The position numbers and the translations under genes were made by a program. A stretch of DNA of 64,000 bases, from positions 124,001-188,000 of the forward strand of contig JALMLS010000310.1 of assembly GCA_038496445.1 (NCBI GenBank), given 5' to 3'. This DNA comes from Trichosphaerium sp. ATCC 40318 (taxonomy: Eukaryota; Protista; Tubulinea). Positions 54,778 to 64,000 of this stretch are shown piece after piece (the stretch's first letter is position 1; every line of letters begins with the position of its first letter). The notes beneath the pieces are model-generated. The model saw nothing but the letters and a program-made list of their open reading frames with translations, did not search any database and had not been told where the DNA came from.

Positions 54778-57700
54778 TTATAGAGAATCTATACTACCAT
54801 CGACATCACTTGCTTTTGTTTTGTTACTAGAATTGTCCATACAAATACATGCTCTTGTCTTGTGAATAAAGAAAGAGTTTACTGTGATTGCTATTTTAAA
54901 AATAAAACGATTAGCATCATACATGATATTGATGTACTTGAGGTGTACCTGAACCGAAGATAATAAACAAAGAAACAAGAAGAAATCTTGTGAATCTGTC
55001 AATGTCTGTTGTAGCCAATACAACACTCAATATTGCAAAGAAAGCGACATTGTAAACTGTAAAGAAGATGATCTTTGATTCGTTGAATCTCTTGATTGGT
55101 ATTGTACGTATTCTAAAAGCGTACACACTACACACCAACAACAAGAATGCCTATGTACGTATTAATATCAGTTATACCATAGATGGACAGACGTACATTG
55201 GATGCACCAATGATGTACAGTACTACCTTAAATGCAATATCATAATCACATGAATGATAGTTTTGATAGACTCTGATTGGATCAACAACAACTATACTTC
55301 TTTCAAACTTTCCAACTGCTGTCTACGATACATTTAATACTAAGATGTGTAAAAATAAGGGTACCAGCAGTACAAGGAGTGCAACATGAAAACCAATAAG
55401 ACCACTGACCCATAATAGAACTGTCTTATCACTTATTACCATGGGTTCACATGCTTTTAGTCTAAATAGTTTATCAAGTCTTACTGTCTTCCCTAGCAAT
55501 GGCCTTGAATGTATGAATACGTTAGGTCCAGAAAATTTTCTGTTTATTACTCACCCGAACAGAAGAATGAATCCAAGATCTAGTATCCAAATGGATATTG
55601 AGCATGTCGCCTTTGAGATCACGTTTGGAAGCATTGTGAATACTGAACAGTACAACAAAGAGCTTCCAAGAATCATCAAACCCATGAATAAAGGTGATGA
55701 AGCCTTTACTTCCTTGATATCCAAGTTGAGAACAAGAAATATTGCCCATCCGATATTGATACAAAAGAATACAATGGCAATGATTGTCACAACTATTTCT
55801 GTCCAATGACCTTAGAAGGGAAAAGATTGTCAACACAGAATGATGTTCAATAATGTGTTTTACCGTATTGTGGATCAAAGATACGTTCATGCCATTTTGG
55901 AATTGGATAGATCAAGTCTGCTTGTTTTGTTGTTGGTGGTCCTACAATTTAAAAGTCTCGGAATTTCTTTTTGATAAGGAGTTTGTACCAATAAGAACCA
56001 ATCTGCCACGCCTAATTTGAACATGTAGCCAGTCTCTATAAACTGCACTTAAAATCATCGCTCTTTCAAAATAACTAGTGTACCTTTGTTGAATGCTTTT
56101 TCCGTTCCATGAGTATTGTCCTGTTATGGTATCATATGTGGATCCAACTATTTCATCGTAAAGAATATCATTTAGCTGTAACACAGTAAGTCAATAATAA
56201 CCATATAACTAAGTACATTTGGCTCTATACAACTACTATAGTTAGACAAATTGTGTACAAGTCCTGAATGCTGGTTAAACTAAACAGACCTCAGTAAACA
56301 AAATAGCAATTTACACATGTACCGTAAGAGAAACACCATCGTTAGTGGACACAATTTTAATGGCATTATTCAATATAGAAAACAATGCTGCATAAGCCAG
56401 TGCAGTGTGAGAAAGTTGAAATCCAAACTTGTTGTAAAATCTCCTTGTTAAATATGTGTTATTGCCATAGTCGTTAGTTTGAGGAAAATTGAGATTATCC
56501 TCAAACTGCAAATAGAGTTAGTAGCAACAAACTACGTAATACCATAATGTACCTCACGAACAATAGTAACATATTCCCAAAGATCCATGTCTAAATCTGA
56601 TTGCGTGAAAGTTTGTGTTGTAACAACATATCTTGGAGTGTAGTCAACTTTGCGAAGAGTATTCATTACACCTCCAACCACATCAGCTAATGTACTACAA
56701 AAGAACCTAGAAGCAGTGTTTAGAAGTAATTTTGACCGAGAAACGTTACCATGCATCTGCATCGTCGTGCATTGCAAGAATTGCAGTCTTTGAAATGTTC
56801 GATATTAATTCTTGGTTGTATGTTGTAAAGGGATCTCGTGCATGTGCTGTAGTCTGACCCTCACCTATAAGACAGTTAGATACAATATCGCTAAATAGCT
56901 TACTTGATATGCCATAATAACTTACGATATGGAGCCCCTGAACCAAAAGTTCATTTCGGAAAACCGGACTTTTACACCTATCTACATAAGAAACAAGAGT
57001 ACAAAGAGTAAATTTATGTACCTATCACCTATCGAGTCGTTGGTGTAGATCAACGTGATAGTACTTGCTCCAGCTATTCGAATACTTGGCAATGTGACAA
57101 AGAAGCTCGATTCAGATGATAGTCCAACAGATAAACTGTATTTTGAGCCTGCAGCCTGAGAGTTGAACATGTTGTTTACAGATACTAATTACAAAAATCA
57201 GGAGTTATTCTTGAAAAAGTTAGGCTTACACATCAAACGTCTATTGCTATTCATGATTGGAATAATGTTAGGTGCATGCTCAGTTACAATTGGTGATAAA
57301 AAGAAAGATACAGAAGGATCGTTAAGACCTTCTCTATATAATTTTTCTGTATAACTCAAGTTGTTGAAACCATTGGCAAGACTAGCAAAAAAAGTGACTT
57401 CACTGTAAGCTTTGAGTTATGTTTGCGTACTTTATTCTAAGCCTTATTCTTTCGCCACTAATCTCCGCTGCTTCACCACTTTCTAGTAACACATCTCCTA
57501 AGTAGTCGATACTGTCTCTATTTTAACTACCGTCAATTCGGCGACAGTTTATATTTGTAAGAAATAAATCTCAGTGATTTGACCGGAAGTGTTTTGGCAG
57601 TTAAAGCGCATTTTTTGCTTTAACGAGCATCTAATCATTTTCACGAAAAGTAGCGCAACCCAGGGCACAACCAAAATTGTATTGTAAAAAGTTTTTACTA

Positions 57701-58150
57701 AAAAACTGCGGCAACACGTGCGGTGCACGCTATATTTCTCTAGAAATATAAAAAATGACAACGTACAGAAATTTATCAACACTGCTCTCGTTACTACTGC
57801 GTGGCCAATTACCAACCCCAACTACCACTTGTAAGCACGCGTTCTGATTTCGTTTGAAGTAACAACATGGCATCCTTTTGTATAATTTTCATAAAAGAGC
57901 TAATGCGGTTGCTTTAACATCAAAAATGAGATAAGATTTCGCAGAAACTGTTTTGTCTCGAAATCGTTTTTTAACCAATACAAGTGTAACTGCACGAGAT
58001 TGACAACTTTCAATGCCATCCGTTTTAAAAAAATGTCATATAACATATCTATACGCGCGTACATAGAGTTATATTCCTGTATCCACATGTCCTATCAATC
58101 GCAAATAAAAATATTATCAAAACAGCACTAAAACTTGATGACAAGAGCAT
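54778..58150 (-). CDS. Class C GPCR, copy 4
   Basis: Start MLLSSSFSAVLIIFLFAIDRTCGYRNITL, with the same exon structure and 7TM motifs. Confidence 0.88.
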
Positions 58151-58606
58151 ATTCTCCTATTAAAGCATCAGATGGTTACAGCGAGCATTTGATACTAGCA
58201 CTAAGCTTTGTTTAACGATATAACAAAAGTTGGGCTGCAGTTTAACCATGGACAACATACAATAACGTAGCGCTAGTACCTTTTCAACGTACAATTGCGT
58301 CTGTGGTTTGTTTTTTGGAATAGTGAAAGTATTTGATAGTCCACAGCAATGGTCAATGTATTATAATTTCGTTCATTATGCGTTGTTTATATCTCGTTCT
58401 GTACACCTGCGCTAAAATGCCACAAAGGCTTATTGCTTCCACGTAAGTTTTGTAAAGTTGTACTGTATTTAAAAATGTATAAGTAACATTCAGATACAAA
58501 GCAAGCTATCTTATTGACAGGCTATTGAGGCAAGACATTAAAGTCTGGATTCCTGTAAACAAACAATCTGTCTTTATTGAACAAGCCAAGACTCTTCTTG
58601 CTTCCT

Positions 58607-61333
58607 TCAAACCAGCACAAATAGAAAAAATACCAAAGCAAATAATAATACAGGCTTCAGTAAAGCACAAGGGCTCATAGGTTCTGGAGTATCCATTGGA
58701 GGCTGTGTTGTACTAACAGGACCAGACGTCTATTGAATAAGTAAGAACAAAAAGAATAAAATTGTCATGTACAGCAAAGTCGTTGCATTTAATATCGTCT
58801 TGTACTTGACGAATTGTAAGTGACCATCGCTAAATAACCAGGAATAAGTCCAATCAAAAAGCAACAAGGTTTATAAAAAGGGAAACTCACGTCTTTGTTG
58901 CCATCAGTACACGTGTCAGGAAAAGTCAACTCTCCTTTTCCATTGTTCTTATCACATTGTACAGATATCTAAGAAAATCACGTCATTAGCATACAATAAA
59001 AAAGAAAAAATGATCATACATCTGGTCTTGCTCCTGGTACACTTGGTACAATGAGTCTGAATACAAACTTTGAATACTCAATGAGATTTGTAAAGCTGGG
59101 GGCTGCACCACCAGCAATAACATTGGCATCAAGATCTTCATCAAAACTACAAAGAATACAACAAGATATCTCGGCAAGCATATCGCGGCATTCAACAGGT
59201 ATACTATCACCAATGTAACTTTCGACAGAAGTATCCAATATTATGGGCCTTATAATATTATTACATTTTGTCTTTTCGATCTACTAACAAGTCAGTGATA
59301 AGTTGGGATGATTGTTTGTTCTTTTGATATGACATGCCTTTTCGAAAGTAGATTGGCAACTTCCAAATAAACTGCTAGTACCATCATCTTTTGGTACCCC
59401 TGTAATTTCACTTGGGTACGGAGTAACGCTTTGATAACAACTTGCTGAATCTGGAAGAAGAAAAAAAAAACAATCAGCACTTTGGGCATAGAGCTCGTAA
59501 ATATAAAGTACCAGCAGCGTTACAAAAGCATCCCAATTCAAAAGAATCACAAGGATCCAAACTACCATCGAGTACATATGACGCATTGCATGTGCCAACC
59601 TAAGAAGATTTTAGTCCAAGAAACAAAAAGAGAAACAGGGCAAAGCAAGTAACAAACAATGCTGAGTAATAAATGTTTAAAACAGTCATACTGGTACGCA
59701 TATACCAGCCTCACAAGTTGCGTTATCTCCACAATCTATATTTCTAACACATATGCTTCCCTGTTTAAAAATTAATAACACAACATGGAGATATTTAGAA
59801 CATACCAAAGTCAAAGGTTGTTGACAAGTTCCCTTACTAAGTGGAGTCAGATCTGTACTTGTACAAACCAATCCTATAATATTCTTAGAATATTAAACAA
59901 TACTACAGATATAAATACCTTGCTGGCAGAGAGGAATTTGCTGTTGATCTGTGAGACAAGGTTCACCCTATTCAGTTATTGTAAGGTGTAGTTTGTAAAA
60001 CTTACAAAACAACGGTCACTTTGTTTCAACGTACTTCGCCAACCGCTTCTGTGGAAACACAATAATAACTAGAGTCTATTCTAGTACAAAGACCTGATAC
60101 ACAGTCTTCATTGTAGGCACATTTTTCAATCTACACTCCAAGTTAATACACAGCAACAAATAATTAATAAAAATAGAACGTACCTCCCCCTTTCTATTCT
60201 CACACTTATACGTAGTTATATTCCAAAATTGAGTATCGCTGCATGATTCCTTAGGGTCGCCACATATTGCTTCAACTCTGTCTACAAAAATCTCAATGAA
60301 ACACTCTTCTTCCAGTTCACAAGATGCCTGAGAGCAATCCTACAACAACAATTAGTTTACCGTTAGTATTGTTAGTTTGTTTGGTACCATTCCAGCACAT
60401 TTTGATGCTTCACAATTTCTGGATTGACACTCACCATCATCTGCACAAGCCTCGCCAACCATCAAATTAAACGGAGAGCATTTACCTCCAATACAGTTTG
60501 AATTCATACACTGGTCGTTTTTCGAGCAAGGATCACCAATACAAGTCTTCTTGTACTCGCATTCAAGTGTAGTTTCATTGCAAAACAGAGCATTTAGACT
60601 ACACTCAAGTATTTCAGTAACATTACGTTTGTTGGCTTCAGATGTACACGTGTCTCCAACGTTCTTTTGATAAATTGTACGTGTACAAATGTTGTTATTA
60701 TTACATTCACCCTCTGTACAATAAGGTGCGCCTGCGGTAGCAACACTAAAAAAAGTAATTATTTAAGTTACAATGTCATACTTACAAACTTGGGCATTTT
60801 TCTCCAACAGTCACAGGTGGTTTACAAAAGCAACCAGTTTGACTATCGCATTGACACGAAGCGCTTCCAGAACTATCGCACATGTGACTAAACAATAAAT
60901 TAGGAAACAATCGAAGAAAAAATAACAACACACGGCGCACGTGCGATCATTTATGTCATTTTCAGAAAGAAAATTCGTCGTGACATTGCGTACGTTTGAT
61001 TACACTCAGACCCTAGCGGCACCATAACCACTTCAATGCAGCTGCCTTCAGAGCAATATTGATACGCTGTACAACTGTCGCACTCTGGAGGTACGCATTT
61101 ACCTTCCAGGCATCTGTATACCTCTTCAGAACTCTATGTAGTGGCGTTACAATTAAATAACGGTCAAAAAACCGAATAGTAGAAGATTTGTTTATCTAAG
61201 TTGAGTTAAAAGGTACCTGAGATTTGCAGTCATCGTAAGTTGAGCACGTGAACGATGGATCGCATACTGAGTTTGCTAGAGCGTTGAAACATAGACAAGC
61301 TATGATAGCAATTATAAGAGCTGTTGAGGGCAT
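58607..61333 (-). CDS. Cys-rich, putatively GPI-anchored surface protein, copy B
   Basis: Start MPSTALIIAIIACLCFNALANSVCDPSF, paralogous exons to copy A, ECRDMLAEISCCILCSF, and ends LLKPVLLFALVFFLFVLV*. Confidence 0.8.
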
Positions 61334-61869
61334 TAGAGTTAGTTTAAACAATGTATTGCGCTAACAACAAATTAAGCCACGTACCCCTGGAAGCTCTTTT
61401 ACTTTTATTTTTATTACAATTTAACAGCCATCCTCAGTGAATCTCTCAAAAAACATTTTATTTTGTTGGAGTTGACAGCTGTTTATTTTCTTTACTCACA
61501 GTTTCTTTTACAACATTTGTTGGTACTCTCTAAACCATACCACAAGTATTACATACGTGTGATTTTGGGTTTGTTCTTGAATAGGTCTGCTTGTTTCACA
61601 AGAGTTTCCACCAGTTAGAGAAAATTGTATTACCTTACTAATTTCTCGGTCTCATAAAGCGGTAAGTGACCTGCCCGCTCCCATTGTGGGATATTAATGA
61701 ACAGCAAAAACGCAAAGCTATCGCGGACATTTTATACTGAACTCATGGATGTATTTTGGAATATCTAAATGAATGTAATAACAATTATATGTCGCACGAA
61801 CAGAAATACTTAAATATTTTTGTATACCAAAATAAAAATACTAATTTACAGTTTGTTCTTCTACAATGT

Positions 61870-62622
61870 TTAAACAACATCTACTTCCATATCTTCTAAT
61901 GAACAGTGGCTACCTGAATCGTGTACATCGATCCAGTAGTCGACACTTTCCTCTGAAAAACAGCTGGTTGTGTCTATATCCATATCATCCATATCTTCTA
62001 AGTCGCCATCATATTGGCCTAGTGAACCATTCGAGTATCTCAAAGCGTCGGATGTGCATTCCTCTCCTTCCCAGGTTTCTAGCGGTACCCGATAGTAATG
62101 GTTTCTACTACCACTAATATTTGACGCATGTTTCAGTAGTACAGTATCAGAAAATGCATTAAACTCTTGAAGATGTTCATCTACCTCCCATTCAAAATCA
62201 AATTTTGACTGCCAAAAACTTACGGACTTGGGTAGGGCAAGGACGAATAAATCATAACCTGAAACGTTCCTTAGTAGATGTATAACGAAGTCTACCACCA
62301 ATACAGCATATCCGTTACCCCTAAATTGCTTTGGAGTCTGTATGTACTGTATAATCGCACACTTTAGATTTTTCTCACTTAAACTAACTCGTACAGCGCA
62401 TAGATCTTCGTCAATACCAGTATAGGATAATACAACATAATATAATCTCTTGTCTTCTTTGGCGTACTTTAACAAATCTTCGTGTGGGTTTGTTTCAAAC
62501 GAACAGTTTATAAGGTTCGATGCTCTTGTCATTAAATCTGTACTACTGCCATGTTCAAGTATCAAAGATTCGTGTTCTGTAAATTCCACCACTGCTTCTC
62601 CTGGAGGCGCTAGTATTTGCAT
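61870..62622 (-). CDS. GNAT-family N-acetyltransferase with an acidic tail, intronless
   Basis: IQYIQTPKQFRGNGYA (motif A) and ALPKSVSFWQSKFDF (motif B-like). Confidence 0.8.
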   Translation of the reverse strand: MQILAPPGEAVVEFTEHESLILEHGSSTDLMTRASNLINCSFETNPHEDLLKYAKEDKRLYYVVLSYTGIDEDLCAVRVSLSEKNLKCAIIQYIQTPKQFRGNGYAVLVVDFVIHLLRNVSGYDLFVLALPKSVSFWQSKFDFEWEVDEHLQEFNAFSDTVLLKHASNISGSRNHYYRVPLETWEGEECTSDALRYSNGSLGQYDGDLEDMDDMDIDTTSCFSEESVDYWIDVHDSGSHCSLEDMEVDVV

Positions 62623-63027
62623 GATGGGCGCTCAATAATAGGGTTAACGCATTTGTGAACGTCACTGCTGTTCATTCGTAACGTTGACTTTAATCGATAA
62701 ACAATAAGCTGTTTTTTTTTCTCAAAAAAACGTTTCAAAAGCAGTTCACTGAAATGTGCGGTTGTATAAGCAACGTATCAGTTATTCCATTGAAAAGCGT
62801 CGAATATGTGGTTGACACGGAACGTGTCGAGGCTTTGTCATCTTGCTGGTGGTATTGGTTTGACTCTAAAGATAGTAAAACTTGCGCTTATAGTGGTATT
62901 CCATTTTCCATTATTGTATATGAAGTAAAGTGTATTGCATAATAGCTTTGGCAACATAAAGTGCGTGAACAAATCTATTTTTATTGAAGGCTAACTACAA
63001 CAAGCCAATACTCTATTCTTGCTTCCC

Positions 63028-64000
63028 TCAAACCAGCACAAATAGAAAAGATACCAAAGCAAAGAATAATACCGGCTTCAGTAAAGCACAAGGGCTCATA
63101 GGTTCTGTATCCATTGGAGGCTGTGTTGTACTAACAGGACCAGGCGTCTATTGAATAAGTTAGAAACAAAAATATGTTAAAAAAGAAAACAAGGGTATAA
63201 AAGTCAAAACATACAGCAAAGTCATTGCATTTAATATCGTCTTGTACTTGGCGAATTGTAAGAGACCATCGCTAAATAACCAGGAATAAGTCCAATCAAA
63301 AAGCAACAAGGTTTATAAAAAGGGAAACTCACGTCTTTGTTGCCATCAGTACACGTGTCAGGAAAAGTCAACTCTCCTTTTCCATTGTTCTTATCACATT
63401 GTACAGATATCTAAGGAAATCACGTCAGCAGATACTACAAATAAAATAAAAAATGATCATACATCTGGTCTTGCTCCTGGTACACTTGGCACCAGGAGTT
63501 TAAATATAAACTGTGATTGCTCTAGGAGATTTTCAGATCCTGGTGCTGTGCCACCAGCGATAACATTGGTATCAAGATCTGCATCAAAACTACAAAGAAT
63601 ACAACAAGATAGCTCAGCAAGCATATCACGGCATTCAACAGGTACACTATCACCAGTGTAACTCTTGTGCAGCCTATCCGCTAGTATTATGGCCATAATG
63701 ATTCCGCCACATTTTGTCTTTTCAATCTACTAACAAGTCAGTGATACGTGGTACGATTTTTTGTTCTTTGATCATACCGTTTCATAAGTAGATTGGCAGC
63801 TTCCAAATAAACTGCTAGTACCACCATCATTGGATATACCTGTAATTTCACTTGGATACGGAGTAACGCTTTGATAACAACTTGCTGAATCTGGAAGAAG
63901 AAAAAAAACAATCAGCACCTTGGGCATAGAGCTCATAAATATAAAGTACCAGCAGCGTCACAAAAGCATCCCAATTCAAAAGGATCACAAGGATCCAAAC
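63028..64000 (-). CDS. Cys-rich, putatively GPI-anchored surface protein, copy C (3' part; 5' end outside the window)
   Basis: Closely parallels 58607-59560, including introns. Contains ECRDMLAELSCCILCSF and the same hydrophobic C-terminus. Confidence 0.8.

Overview
AT-rich, gene-dense eukaryotic DNA with many very short GT-AG introns (about 28-70 nt, often starting GTAC) and the standard genetic code. Gene content and intron style suggest a free-living protist, probably an amoebozoan (inference). The left half (1-34.8 kb) holds single-copy genes: alpha-L-iduronidase, a DOMON protein, a divergent beta-tubulin, a BTB/BACK-like protein with tandem SUMO-site/SIM repeats, an alpha/beta hydrolase, an NCoR/Snt1-like SANT protein, two type I membrane proteins, a PH protein, cytochrome b561, a DM9-like secreted protein, a soluble kexin/furin and UBA2. 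It also contains an isolated 37-bp pre-miRNA-like hairpin. The right half (34.8-64 kb) is a dynamic, co-oriented array of four class C (Grl/GABA-B-like) GPCR genes and three Cys-rich, probably GPI-anchored protein genes that carry a folate-receptor/NPC1/HHIP-like Cys motif. Both families show patchwork gene conversion. Three intronless genes (giant-virus-style F-box/LRR, bacterial-type trypsin-like peptidase, GNAT) and a hAT-type MITE sit between them. Exon boundaries were read by eye, and CDS coordinates are whole-gene spans including introns.
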